From: Bacilli bacterium
Lineage (GTDB): Bacteria > Bacillota_I > Bacilli_A > RFN20 > CAG-826
NCBI GenBank assembly: GCA_041653015.1
Contig: JBAZGG010000005.1
Coordinates: forward strand, 1,958-65,957
DNA length: 64,000 nt
Direction: 5' to 3'
The notes under the pieces are model-generated. The model saw nothing but the letters and a program-made list of their open reading frames with translations. It was not told the origin of the DNA and made no database searches. Position 1 is the stretch's first letter; each line of letters starts with the position of its first letter. Positions 8,090 to 17,994 of this stretch are shown here, piece by piece. A program made the position numbers and the translations under genes.

Positions 8090-10144
8090 ATGAAAGAAAT
8101 ATATTCGCCTTTGTTTACTCCGTGGAAGATCAGGGATGTCGAAATTAAAAACCGCATCGTCTTGACGTCGATGGGAGGAACATCTATTTTCGGATGGATG
8201 GAACCCGCTCATTTCGATAGAGAAGCGGCGAAGTTTCTTTTGGAAAAAGCCAAAAATAATGTCGGTTTAGTCCTTCCTGGAATTGCGCCGATTCGCAACC
8301 CGATGCTCGGTGGCTGGCTCTACTCCAATAAGCACATGTACAAGCAATTAAAAGAATATATGGTGGAGTTCCACAAAACCGGAGCGAAGATGTTCATCCA
8401 GTTAACCGCTGGTTTTGGCCGCTCCTTTGCTATCAACGAAACGATGGAGAAAGTCGGCTCGAACAAAGTGTTAAACGTTTTGATGAAACCGATTTTAAAT
8501 ATCGATTGGCTCTGCATGTCAGCTTCACCATCTCCTAACCGATGGTCAGATAAAGTGCCATCAAAACAGATGACAAAAAAACAGATCGATATGATGATTG
8601 AAGCCTTTGCAAAAACTGCTAAACTATGCCAAGAAGCTGGTGTTGATGGCATTGAAGTTCACGCTGTGCACGAAGGATATCTATTAGATCAATTCACCCT
8701 TAAATACGTCAACAAGCGCACTGATGAATATGGCGGCTCATTCGAGAATCGTTACCGCTTCCCTGTCGAAATCGTCAAAGCGATTAAAAAAGTTTGTGGA
8801 GAAGATTTTCCTGTCTCTCTTCGATATTCGGTTCTTTCTAAGACAAAAGATTTTAGAAGTGGGGCTATGCCGGGAGAAGATTACATCGAGGTCGGTCGCG
8901 ATATGCTCGAAAGCGAACAAGCGGCGAAATATCTACAAGATGCGGGCTATGATATGCTCAATTGCGATAATGGAACATATGATGCTTGGTATTGGGCTCA
9001 TCCACCGGGATATATGCCTTTAAACTGCAATCTCGAAGATGTTGAACACATCAAGAAATTCGTCACCATCCCCGTTGTCGCCGCTGGTAGAATGACTCCT
9101 GAAGTGGCATCAAAAGCGATTAAAGAGGGAAAGATTGATGGCATGGGTGTCGCGAGACAATTTTTAGCTGATCCGGAATGGGTCACCAAGATGAAAGCTG
9201 ACAAGGAATCAGAGATACGCCCTTGTATCTGCTGTCATAATGGCTGTTTTAATATGTGCCATTATGAAGGCGTAGCAAATGATCAAGATTTAGGCGACGC
9301 TATACATATGGCGCGCTGTGCGGTTAATCCTGAGACGATGCAAACTGATATCTATCATCTCGAAAAAGCTCGAAAAGTGAAAAGCGTTGCTGTTATCGGT
9401 GGCGGTATTGGCGGAATGGAAACAGCCAGAGCATTAGCCATTCGCGGACATAGAGTTACCCTGTATGAAAAGAGTGGCAAATTGGGTGGCGTATTCATCG
9501 CTGCGGCGACTCCTTCTTTCAAAGAAAAAGATCGCGATCTAATCGCGTGGTATCGCCAAGAGATGAAGAGATATCCCATCGATATCAAGTTGAATGAAGA
9601 AGTAAAAGATCTGTCATCAATTCAAGCGGATGAAATCGTGATCGCCACGGGTGCCAAGCCGCGTCTTATGCATATTCCTGGCATTGAGAAATCGATTGAA
9701 GCTTGCGATTATTTATTGGGCAAGAAACACGTCGATGATAATATTGTCATCATCGGTGGTGGTCTCACCGGTTGCGAAATCGCATATGATCTATCTTTGC
9801 AAGGCAAAAAAGTCTCTATTGTGGAGATGAAAAATGACCTCATCGCTGTCAAAGGTGTGTGTATGGCCAATTCCACTTACTTAAGGGATTATTTCAAACT
9901 CCATAAGACAGATGTCCATCTCGAGACGATACTAAAAGAGATTAAGGACAAGTCGGTCATCGTCACTACAAAAGATGGTAAAGAGATGGAAATTCCTTGC
10001 GATTCCGTCATCATGTCGGTCGGATATATTCCTCAACCTCTATCAAAAGAAAAAAAGCACATCCATCTCGTTGGTGATTGCTTAGAGGTCGGCAATCTCA
10101 GAACCGTGATCTGGCGCGCTTGGGATGTCGCGATGAAATTATAG
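8090..10144 (+). CDS. NADH:flavin oxidoreductase, 2-enoate reductase-like (OYE barrel + Fe-S + FAD)
   Basis: HAVHEGYLLDQF, DEYGGSFENR, CICCHNGC..C cluster motif, two GGGxxG dinucleotide folds. Confidence 0.88.
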   Translation: MKEIYSPLFTPWKIRDVEIKNRIVLTSMGGTSIFGWMEPAHFDREAAKFLLEKAKNNVGLVLPGIAPIRNPMLGGWLYSNKHMYKQLKEYMVEFHKTGAKMFIQLTAGFGRSFAINETMEKVGSNKVLNVLMKPILNIDWLCMSASPSPNRWSDKVPSKQMTKKQIDMMIEAFAKTAKLCQEAGVDGIEVHAVHEGYLLDQFTLKYVNKRTDEYGGSFENRYRFPVEIVKAIKKVCGEDFPVSLRYSVLSKTKDFRSGAMPGEDYIEVGRDMLESEQAAKYLQDAGYDMLNCDNGTYDAWYWAHPPGYMPLNCNLEDVEHIKKFVTIPVVAAGRMTPEVASKAIKEGKIDGMGVARQFLADPEWVTKMKADKESEIRPCICCHNGCFNMCHYEGVANDQDLGDAIHMARCAVNPETMQTDIYHLEKARKVKSVAVIGGGIGGMETARALAIRGHRVTLYEKSGKLGGVFIAAATPSFKEKDRDLIAWYRQEMKRYPIDIKLNEEVKDLSSIQADEIVIATGAKPRLMHIPGIEKSIEACDYLLGKKHVDDNIVIIGGGLTGCEIAYDLSLQGKKVSIVEMKNDLIAVKGVCMANSTYLRDYFKLHKTDVHLETILKEIKDKSVIVTTKDGKEMEIPCDSVIMSVGYIPQPLSKEKKHIHLVGDCLEVGNLRTVIWRAWDVAMKL

Positions 10145-10159
10145 ATTATATCGATAATA

Positions 10160-10183
10160 AAAAGGGACTCACTTGTCCCTTTT
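10160..10183. terminator. Bidirectional intrinsic terminator between convergent genes
   Basis: AAAAGGGAC-TCACTT-GTCCCTTTT. Confidence 0.7.
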
Positions 10184-11416
10184 ATTTTTGCGTTCTTCTT
10201 TAGCTTTACCGACAAGCGATATTCCACCTTGAGCTGTTTCTTTATAATCTTTTGAGAGATTATCTCCTGTCATCTTCATCGTGAGAACGATATCGTCAAG
10301 CGACATGAAACTCTTTCTGTTTCCGCTCATCCATTTGGCGAATAGATAACTTTCGGTCGCTCGAACGGCTCCGACAGCATTTCTTTCGATGCAAGGGATC
10401 GCCACGTAACCATCGATGGGATCACATGTTAATCCCAGCTGGTGCTCCATCGCTAATTCGGCAGCATATTCAATCTGAGCGAGACCTAAATGATCGATGG
10501 AACAAAGCGCTGCGCTCGCCATGCAGATCGCAACACCGATTTCCGCTTGACAGCCACCGACAGCTCCAGAAATGGTGGCATTTTGTTTGAAGATGTTGCC
10601 GACGATTCCAGCGACCATCAAAGCGTCTATCACACCTTCCATTGAAACTTTTCCGGTGATGAAGTTCGAAAACAAGACCGCTGGTAGGACACCAGCGCTT
10701 CCACATGTAGGCGCCGTGACAACTTCTCCGCCATCAGCGTTCTCTTCGCTCACAGCGTAGGCATAGGAAGCAGTGAGCAAAATATTCCTATCCTCTTTAG
10801 AAGTGAGCCAGGCCTCTTCTTTATATAATCGCTTAGCTACGCGGTCGATGTATAACTCTTTTCCCGCTCGCACTTTACCTTCAGTAGATAATCCCCTTTT
10901 TATGCAGTGGAACATCGTCAGAGCGATGTCCATTAAATACTCTCTGATATCGCTGTCTTCAAAATTCATCACGAACTCGGGAATGGAGTTCATGCGATGA
11001 GCTTTCATATAATGTTTAATATCATTAAAACTCGCAAAATTGTAAATATCTTTGCTCTCGACGCTCGGATCTTCTAGGCAAGTGATCTCGCCCCCGCCAA
11101 TCGACTCGTATGTGCGCTCGATGAATAAAACACCTTTATTGTATGCCGAAAATTTGACTGTATTGGGGTGCCTCGTCGGCGTATTGATATCCAACTTTAC
11201 ATCGCATGGAGTGGGGTAGATTGTGTTTTTGATTATATCGGGGGTGTGATGACCGACTCCTGTCAATGCTAAGGAACCATATAAGACGACTCTTATCTCA
11301 TCAACATTTCTTTCACCTATGTGATGTAAAAAATCAAGAGTGGCTATCTTGGGACCGATAGTGTGACTAGATGATGGACCAGGTCCTTTTCGATATAGTG
11401 CTTTGAGTGACTTCAT
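10169..11416 (-). CDS. sdaA: Fe-S-dependent L-serine dehydratase, single chain
   Basis: GPGPSSSHTIGP, APTCGSAGVLP, GCQAEIG, EHQLGLTCDP, PCIERN. Confidence 0.92.
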   Translation of the reverse strand: MKSLKALYRKGPGPSSSHTIGPKIATLDFLHHIGERNVDEIRVVLYGSLALTGVGHHTPDIIKNTIYPTPCDVKLDINTPTRHPNTVKFSAYNKGVLFIERTYESIGGGEITCLEDPSVESKDIYNFASFNDIKHYMKAHRMNSIPEFVMNFEDSDIREYLMDIALTMFHCIKRGLSTEGKVRAGKELYIDRVAKRLYKEEAWLTSKEDRNILLTASYAYAVSEENADGGEVVTAPTCGSAGVLPAVLFSNFITGKVSMEGVIDALMVAGIVGNIFKQNATISGAVGGCQAEIGVAICMASAALCSIDHLGLAQIEYAAELAMEHQLGLTCDPIDGYVAIPCIERNAVGAVRATESYLFAKWMSGNRKSFMSLDDIVLTMKMTGDNLSKDYKETAQGGISLVGKAKEERKNKRDK

Positions 11417-11530
11417 AATGTGATGCCTCGTTTAATTTTATCATATAAAATAACATCGCGATTGTTTTTTGCTTCGCCATTAATTATTTTGTGTATAATT
11501 AAGTTTAGAAAAAAGGACAAAGTGCTTTCA

Positions 11531-12418
11531 ATGAAACGAAAAATTCCTGATCTTCGATACGAGATGAGCGAAGAAGAGATAGCGAAAATAAAGCGAATTG
11601 AAATCGCTCTTCTCGATGATTTTGTGCACGTTTGCAATGAATTGCACCTCGTCTACTTTTTATGCGCCGGCACTCTTCTTGGAGCGGTTCGCCATCAAGG
11701 CTTTATTCCATGGGATGATGACATCGATGTGCAGATGCCGAGAAAAGATTATGAAATATTTGCGAGAGAAGGACAGAAATTGCTCAAAAAGAACTATGTC
11801 CTCGAATCGGTATATTCCTATGCCGAATGCTATGATAATTTTATGAAGATTAGAGATGTTAATACCACTTTTGTGGAGAGCACTACGCGCAATTTCGATT
11901 TACCTCACGGAGTGTATATCGATATTTTCGCCATCGATCCATTGCCTGATGATGAGAGAAAAAGGAGACGGTATTCCTATAGGATTGAACTCTATAAATC
12001 GAGAGTCCTCAACAAAGTGTGCAAAAGTCAATTTTTGCCTAAGCGATCAATCAAAGGTAAACTCTTCACTCTGTATTCATTCATCGCCTCTGGTTTTCTC
12101 TCGCCGCGAAAAGCTGTGCTTAAACGCGATCGATTCATCCTTTCATATCAAGATATGTCCGCCTCTGATCTAATCGTTGAAAGCAAGACATCAAGACTTT
12201 ATAAAAAAGAGATATTTGCTGGGACCAGCGATGTGACATTTGAAGGAAAGATTTATAAAGGGCCAAAACTATGCAAAGAATATCTGATGGTTCAGTATGG
12301 TCCAAACTACATGGAACTCCCTCCGATTGAGAAGCGCCACCCGCATCATTATTGTTGCATGCTCGATTTAGAAAAATCCTATATTGATGTTTTGGAGCGA
12401 TATCTCCTCAAGCGATGA
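11531..12418 (+). CDS. licD: LicD family phosphotransferase
   Basis: GTLLGAVRHQGFIPWDDDIDV and IDIF motifs; start set at MKRK (11531). Confidence 0.85.
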   Translation: MKRKIPDLRYEMSEEEIAKIKRIEIALLDDFVHVCNELHLVYFLCAGTLLGAVRHQGFIPWDDDIDVQMPRKDYEIFAREGQKLLKKNYVLESVYSYAECYDNFMKIRDVNTTFVESTTRNFDLPHGVYIDIFAIDPLPDDERKRRRYSYRIELYKSRVLNKVCKSQFLPKRSIKGKLFTLYSFIASGFLSPRKAVLKRDRFILSYQDMSASDLIVESKTSRLYKKEIFAGTSDVTFEGKIYKGPKLCKEYLMVQYGPNYMELPPIEKRHPHHYCCMLDLEKSYIDVLERYLLKR

Positions 12419-12428
12419 AAGGTCAAAA

Positions 12429-14060
12429 ATGAAAAAAAATAGAGTTCGTTTCGTTTCGATATGCATATCCGTGGTGGCTCTAACATCCTGCGGTTTTATC
12501 GACACGCCCTCGAACAGTGAAACCAGCAGTGGCGATTCCATTAGCGATAGCATAAGCTCTACGAGCGATTCGACGTCGCCTAGCACCAGTGAACAGCCTT
12601 CAAATACTGTTGATGTCAGCTTTTATGCGATCAATGATTTCCATGGTGCGATCGAAACATCATACTCAGGAGTGACTTTAGGTCAAACGGCCACCTTTTT
12701 AAAAGCCCGTAAAGCTGAAGGCTCTATTCTCATAAATTCTGGCGATATGTGGCAAGGCAGCATGCTCTCTAATTACAACAATGGTGAATTAGTCACCAGA
12801 GCGTTTAAAAATATCGGTTTTGATGCCTCGATCTTGGGCAACCATGAGTTTGACTGGAATACATCGTATATCGAAGCGAATGAGGTTATCTATGGCGAGA
12901 AATTTCTCGGGTGCAATATCATGGAGTATCCTCGAGGTTCTAATGGCTGGGTCAAATCGCCACTAACGAACTCGTCAAAGATTGTCTATGCGAATGCTGG
13001 GACTAGTTCAGAAGTTAAAATTGGCATCATCGGTGCGATTCCCACCAACCAATTATCATCTATTACCTCATTAAATACCGAAAACGTAATTTTTGTGGAT
13101 GAGACGCCGATCATCAAAGCGGAAGCTAGTCGGCTCAGAGATCAAGAAGGTTGCGATCTCGTCGTCGCGAGTTATCACGCTGGTCAAGATCAAGTCGATC
13201 GCTCTTTGATGGGAGGAAATTCTGGTGCGGGAATTAAATATCTCGACGCTGTTTTCTGCGCTCATACACATGCAGCTGAGACGTCGATGGTCAATGGCAT
13301 ACCACTCGTTCAAGCGGGCGGCTATGGTGGCAAGCTCAGCAAAGTTGTTCTCACATACAATCTTTCAACAAAAACATTAGTGAAGTGCAAAAATTACTCG
13401 ATTGTTGATTTAAATGGGTACTCGTTGAGCAACGATCCAGAAGTGCAGTCTCTAATCGATGCCGAAAAAGAGATCGTCGATCCATTATCGAGCGAAGTGA
13501 TCGGCAAAGCCGCTAGCGATTTTGATTCGGAAGATCAACTTCCTAAAATGTTTGCGACATCGATCTACAAACAAGTGATGGATAATGATGAGTATGCAGA
13601 TTATCAAGATGTCGATTATATCGTGGTCAACTACGCTCGAACATCTATCACTAATTACAATAGTAATTTTGATGTGACTTTCTCCATGCTCTATGATTCA
13701 ATTCCCTTTGACAATGGACTCTATTATGTCGAGACCAATGGTGAAGAGTTGATGTCGGAGTTATTATACAATTATTTCTACCGAGTTGATGGCGACGCTC
13801 TTGTGAATAGCACAAGCGCTAAATATAAAATCATCGTCTATGATTACTTATTATTCCATATCCGCGTTAATATCGATGGCGATTATTATACGAAATACTA
13901 TAATTATTTTCCTTACGCTTCTTTGAACAATCCAGCTCTCATCTCTGGCTTATCATGCCGAGAAGCAGCTCGTACCGAATTTGAATCAGCCTCGGTTTTA
14001 GATCCAAATAACTATGTTAACGACCGCACTAATCGCAGTAAACTATCATCCAATATTTAA
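12429..14060 (+). CDS. 5'-nucleotidase / 2',3'-cyclic phosphodiesterase family lipoprotein
   Basis: Lipobox LTSC, Ser-rich linker, NDFHG, GDMWQG, GNHEFD, AHTH. Confidence 0.85.
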   Translation: MKKNRVRFVSICISVVALTSCGFIDTPSNSETSSGDSISDSISSTSDSTSPSTSEQPSNTVDVSFYAINDFHGAIETSYSGVTLGQTATFLKARKAEGSILINSGDMWQGSMLSNYNNGELVTRAFKNIGFDASILGNHEFDWNTSYIEANEVIYGEKFLGCNIMEYPRGSNGWVKSPLTNSSKIVYANAGTSSEVKIGIIGAIPTNQLSSITSLNTENVIFVDETPIIKAEASRLRDQEGCDLVVASYHAGQDQVDRSLMGGNSGAGIKYLDAVFCAHTHAAETSMVNGIPLVQAGGYGGKLSKVVLTYNLSTKTLVKCKNYSIVDLNGYSLSNDPEVQSLIDAEKEIVDPLSSEVIGKAASDFDSEDQLPKMFATSIYKQVMDNDEYADYQDVDYIVVNYARTSITNYNSNFDVTFSMLYDSIPFDNGLYYVETNGEELMSELLYNYFYRVDGDALVNSTSAKYKIIVYDYLLFHIRVNIDGDYYTKYYNYFPYASLNNPALISGLSCREAARTEFESASVLDPNNYVNDRTNRSKLSSNI

Positions 14061-14186
14061 TTAAATACATATTTTTGGTATCGATCATCGAACGAAGTCC
14101 GCAAGACTTTTGCCTTGAACAATCGATAGATCTCGCTTCTACAAAGTTGATGCAAAAAGCACTTTGTTTATCTTATAATAATCAAT

Positions 14187-14705
14187 ATGAAATTATTAAT
14201 GACCTTGCATGATGATCAATATACTTCTTGTGGTGTTGACCATGTTCGCGATGTCGTGCGTGCAATAGTGGTGAATGAAGAAGGAAAAATCGCTCTTCAC
14301 AAACTGTATGCTACTGATATGTTTGGGTTTCGCGACTATTATGAAACACCTGGTGGTGGTCGAAAAGAGGGCGAAACGCTTCATGAGGCACTCGAAAGGG
14401 AATTGATTGAAGAATTAGGCGTGAAAGTAAAAATCATGTCTGAAATAGGCGAAATTATCGATTACTATAATCTCATCAAAAGAGAGAATCACAATTATTT
14501 CTATCTCGCAAAAGTGGTGGGATATACCGAAAAGCATCTCGAAGAGAAAGAGAAATCGCTCATCGAAAAGACCATCTGGGTTGACATTGATGCTGCTATC
14601 GACCTTTATAATAATATGCAGAATGTTCTCGTAGGCAAATTGGTTAAGCAAAGAGAATTGCCTATACTAAAACTCGCTAAAGAAATGCTGAATAAATCCC
14701 ATTAG
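14187..14705 (+). CDS. NUDIX hydrolase
   Basis: Nudix box GGRKEGETLHEALERELIEELG. Confidence 0.9.
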   Translation: MKLLMTLHDDQYTSCGVDHVRDVVRAIVVNEEGKIALHKLYATDMFGFRDYYETPGGGRKEGETLHEALERELIEELGVKVKIMSEIGEIIDYYNLIKRENHNYFYLAKVVGYTEKHLEEKEKSLIEKTIWVDIDAAIDLYNNMQNVLVGKLVKQRELPILKLAKEMLNKSH

Positions 14706-14712
14706 TTTTTCT

Positions 14713-14741
14713 TTGACAATAAAAGTCTATACACTTATTAT
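14713..14741 (+). promoter_or_regulatory. tRNA-His promoter
   Basis: TTGACA-17 nt-TATTAT. Confidence 0.7.
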
Positions 14742-14762
14742 AAATAAGCGTTAAGCGCACAT

Positions 14763-14839
14763 GGCGAATGTGGTGAAGAGGCTAACACAACCGGCTGTGA
14801 ACCGGTCATTCGTGGGTTCGAGCCCCATCATTCGCCCCA
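14763..14839 (+). tRNA. tRNA-His(GUG), with encoded G-1 and CCA
   Basis: Stem GCGAATG/CATTCGC; anticodon arm ACCGG-CTGTGAA-CCGGT; T-loop TTCGAGC. Confidence 0.96.
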
Positions 14840-14851
14840 TAAGACAACAAT

Positions 14852-14880
14852 AGGTTTGATAGTATATCAGACCTTTTTTT
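14852..14880 (+). terminator. Intrinsic terminator after tRNA-His
   Basis: AGGTTTGAT-AGTAT-ATCAGACCT followed by a T tract. Confidence 0.75.
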
Positions 14881-15117
14881 GCGCTCCTTTCAACTAGTTC
14901 ATACATCTCAATATTTTCATCAGAGTTTTTTATTATTAATCGTTAGAACTGTATCATTTAGGCCAAATCGACATTAGCAATGATGATAACATATTATCAA
15001 CAGAGATAAGTAATAATTGACAGACCTTGTTGTTCCTTGATAGAATTTAAATGCAAATTGTAATGCGAAAAAGCGAGGAAAATTCGTTTTTGTATTACTA
15101 ATAAAAGGAGAAATGTC

Positions 15118-17523
15118 ATGGACAAATCTACTACTATGAATGAGAACAAATCGCTTTTTGATGGAAAATTGATCGAATTTATCGGTATTGTTTTTCTTTC
15201 TTGTTTGATTTCTGTTTGCACTTTAGGAATAGCCTTTCCATGGGCTCTTGTCTTGGTGTATCGCTGGCAAGTTAAGCACACGATATATGACGGGAAAGCG
15301 CTAAGATTTAATGGAACTGGTGGTCAATTGATCGGTTCTTATCTCAAATGGTTATTATTATGCATTATCACTTTGGGTATCTATTCATTATTTGTTCCAA
15401 TCAAAATAAAACAATGGCAGACTAAACACACTCATTTCGTCTCTTCTGACAAAGCGAGCGAGTCAGTTTTTATTGGCAAGTTTTATGCATTGTGGGGCAT
15501 TAATATACTGTCTGTTTTTTTATGCTTAATCACCCTTTCATTAGCGCTTCCTTTTGTCATTGCGATGAGAAAGAATTGGGAGGAAAAGAATACGATTATT
15601 GATGGTTATCATCTCGCATTCAATGGTCGCGGCATTCAACTATTTGGCAATTATATTAAATGGTTTCTGCTGTCGATTGTCACTCTAGGAATCTACTCAT
15701 TTTGGATTCCGATTAAATTTATGAAGTGGGGCGTTTCGCATACGTCAATTGTTGATCGGAATGTCAATCAGATTAAAAACGTTCAAATTGCAGATCGCTC
15801 AAGCGAGAGCAAAAACATGACGTCACCGCAACACTTTGATGATTTGAGCAGAGAAAAACTTCAAAATTATTATGCTAGAGAATCATTCAAAAAGAATAAT
15901 AAAATATTTGGGATTGTTTCAATTGTGACCATATCATTTTCCATTATTTACTATATGTTTTTGTTAATATATTCGATTTCCAGCAATATATCTATGTCAT
16001 ATTCATATTCTTCAGTCATCAATGTCCTCAATCTCATTTATACCATCGTGATGTTGCTGGTTAGCATATCATTATTATTGGTAATTATTTCTGCCTTGCG
16101 AGCCCCGGTGTTTGAATATAAAGTTGCAGGGAGATTCATCTTTTTTAGCAATGTGTTGATTATCGCTAGCATGTTGGTTGAATTTATTATTTTTATCGCT
16201 CAATTCAATGTCGCAATTCCTCTAGTAGTTTTATTTATGATCTTGTGTGCCGGCATTTTAGTTTCATATGCATTTTTCAGCGCAAAACTATTTGAGAATT
16301 ATACCCTAGTTATTTTTGAAGCTAAATCAAAGGCAAAAGCCTATAAAAAAATGGTGAAATCGTCAGTCGTTTTACTATGCATAAATTTATCAAACATCTT
16401 ACTTATTATTGTGATCTCGTCTGTTTCTCTGATATTAAATCTTAATAGACACACAGGTCCAACGGCTCCTGACATAACCCTCGTTCTACTATTTTATATA
16501 TTATCCATATTACCATTGATTTTTTCTTCAATTACTTATGTATATATACACTATTTTTTGAGACGCGGACTACCATTCTCAAAAAATGCTGCTCAATCTA
16601 ATAATATCGGCACAAATAATCAAAACCAGAATGATGATAAAAAAACAAGCTCTGTTATAGCGACAAGTTCTGCTCCTAGTTCCGATGGCGCCTTAATCGC
16701 ATTGAAATCAAAAACAGATTTTAAGAACGAGATAAAGCATGAAAAAGAAGATGAAGAAAGTGAACGTGCTGTAAAAAGCGAATCCGTCGGCTCTGTCTCA
16801 TTTGCAGGAGCTCATGCGAACAGAGAAAATGCTGTTGATTTATCAGCTGATCAGGCAATGAATAAAAATAAAAAAATCAAGAGGCTATCAGAATCGCTTA
16901 AAGAGAAATTCAAAACGTATGGAATACTGCACATCGTTGCAAACATAATCATACTTGTGGCATCAATTTTGATTCTTTGTATCCCAATATTGGATGTCTA
17001 TACTTATATTGAGAACGAGTATTTATTCCTTTCAAATTTGTCTTTGCTTTCTCTACCTTTTTATTTTGCACAGCAAATCCAGGATGTTCGAGGTATTTTT
17101 TCGGTTTACTTTTTAGTCATTTTTTCATACCCGATAGGCATTTATAGTATCGTAGCTATGGTAATTTCTATTGTTAGAATAATAAAAAATTCTATCGATG
17201 TTTTTGCTAAAAAGAATTATCCAATTAAAATGTGCGATGCAATAGCGACAAATGAAAAAAAGGTAAATGATTCCGTTTTGAAAAATTACGGATTTGGGTT
17301 CATATTTTTCCTTGTGTTTTATTGTATTTTGCTAGCAAGTTTATCGAATATTCTTTCTCGACTCACAGGGCAATATGGATTTGTAGTTAATATGTGGATT
17401 ATTTTCCCATGCATTCTTCTTGTTGGATATGTGGTGGTAATTATAATCCGCTCAGTGATGCTGAATCGAATTAAGGATACGATTTGTGATGAATTATATA
17501 GCACTGATCACGATGGGGAATAA
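15118..17523 (+). CDS. Large polytopic membrane protein with tandem DUF898/YjgN-like N-terminal repeats
   Basis: Repeated unit F.G...L.G..L...LL.I.TLGIY...V.....W..KHT occurs as two pairs; a polar linker and further TM bundles follow. Confidence 0.65.
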   Translation: MDKSTTMNENKSLFDGKLIEFIGIVFLSCLISVCTLGIAFPWALVLVYRWQVKHTIYDGKALRFNGTGGQLIGSYLKWLLLCIITLGIYSLFVPIKIKQWQTKHTHFVSSDKASESVFIGKFYALWGINILSVFLCLITLSLALPFVIAMRKNWEEKNTIIDGYHLAFNGRGIQLFGNYIKWFLLSIVTLGIYSFWIPIKFMKWGVSHTSIVDRNVNQIKNVQIADRSSESKNMTSPQHFDDLSREKLQNYYARESFKKNNKIFGIVSIVTISFSIIYYMFLLIYSISSNISMSYSYSSVINVLNLIYTIVMLLVSISLLLVIISALRAPVFEYKVAGRFIFFSNVLIIASMLVEFIIFIAQFNVAIPLVVLFMILCAGILVSYAFFSAKLFENYTLVIFEAKSKAKAYKKMVKSSVVLLCINLSNILLIIVISSVSLILNLNRHTGPTAPDITLVLLFYILSILPLIFSSITYVYIHYFLRRGLPFSKNAAQSNNIGTNNQNQNDDKKTSSVIATSSAPSSDGALIALKSKTDFKNEIKHEKEDEESERAVKSESVGSVSFAGAHANRENAVDLSADQAMNKNKKIKRLSESLKEKFKTYGILHIVANIIILVASILILCIPILDVYTYIENEYLFLSNLSLLSLPFYFAQQIQDVRGIFSVYFLVIFSYPIGIYSIVAMVISIVRIIKNSIDVFAKKNYPIKMCDAIATNEKKVNDSVLKNYGFGFIFFLVFYCILLASLSNILSRLTGQYGFVVNMWIIFPCILLVGYVVVIIIRSVMLNRIKDTICDELYSTDHDGE

Positions 17524-17792
17524 CTCTCATTTTTCGAGATTTGATGCACCGATTTATCATTGCGATCAATGGAAAGGAGTATTGGGCTAGTGTGATTAGA
17601 GGAGTTTTGTGACAATCAGCCACAAATGTTTACGATAACATTTAGCAAAATTTGTAACAATTATAGCTAATATCTGTGCTTTGAAACCGCTACCATTTTG
17701 CAAAAATTGATTTTAAAGTCAAAAAAACGTCTAAAAACCATCAAAAACAACATTATAGTGACAAAGTCACTAAAAAATAAATCATTTAATAG

Positions 17793-17821
17793 TTGACAAT
17801 CACTTCTTGAACGTATATTAT
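17793..17821 (+). promoter_or_regulatory. Likely promoter of the SipW/TasA-like operon
   Basis: TTGACA-17 nt-TATTAT about 175 nt upstream of ATG 17995. Confidence 0.6.
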
Positions 17822-17994
17822 TTACTCTGTGCAATGTGTTGAAGGTACCTTGGTAAACACGAAATTAGTGTGTGATTACTAGAGTAAGGTTCTGCGAGTG
17901 TGTCCTCCATCTTGTGCAAAATATAATGTTGGACCTTTTATTAAGTTAAAATACGTTCTTACATTAAGTTGTTGTAATTAGGGAGGAAAAACTC

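Noticed and set aside
8090-10144. Bilirubin reductase BilR or bile-acid BaiCD
   Set aside because: Active-site region is HAVHEGY, not the BilR HGDR-type motif, and there is no bai operon context.
14095-14112. Small hairpin AAGTC-CGCAA-GACTT, possible ncRNA
   Set aside because: Too short, and no SRP, 6S or tmRNA hallmarks nearby.
17821-17940. Named c-di-GMP or c-di-AMP riboswitch
   Set aside because: Core motifs (GGCAAA..GAAA..GACGCAAA; GGGCAC..GTGCAACC; GCTGAA..GCGGGGGA) are absent or only loosely similar.
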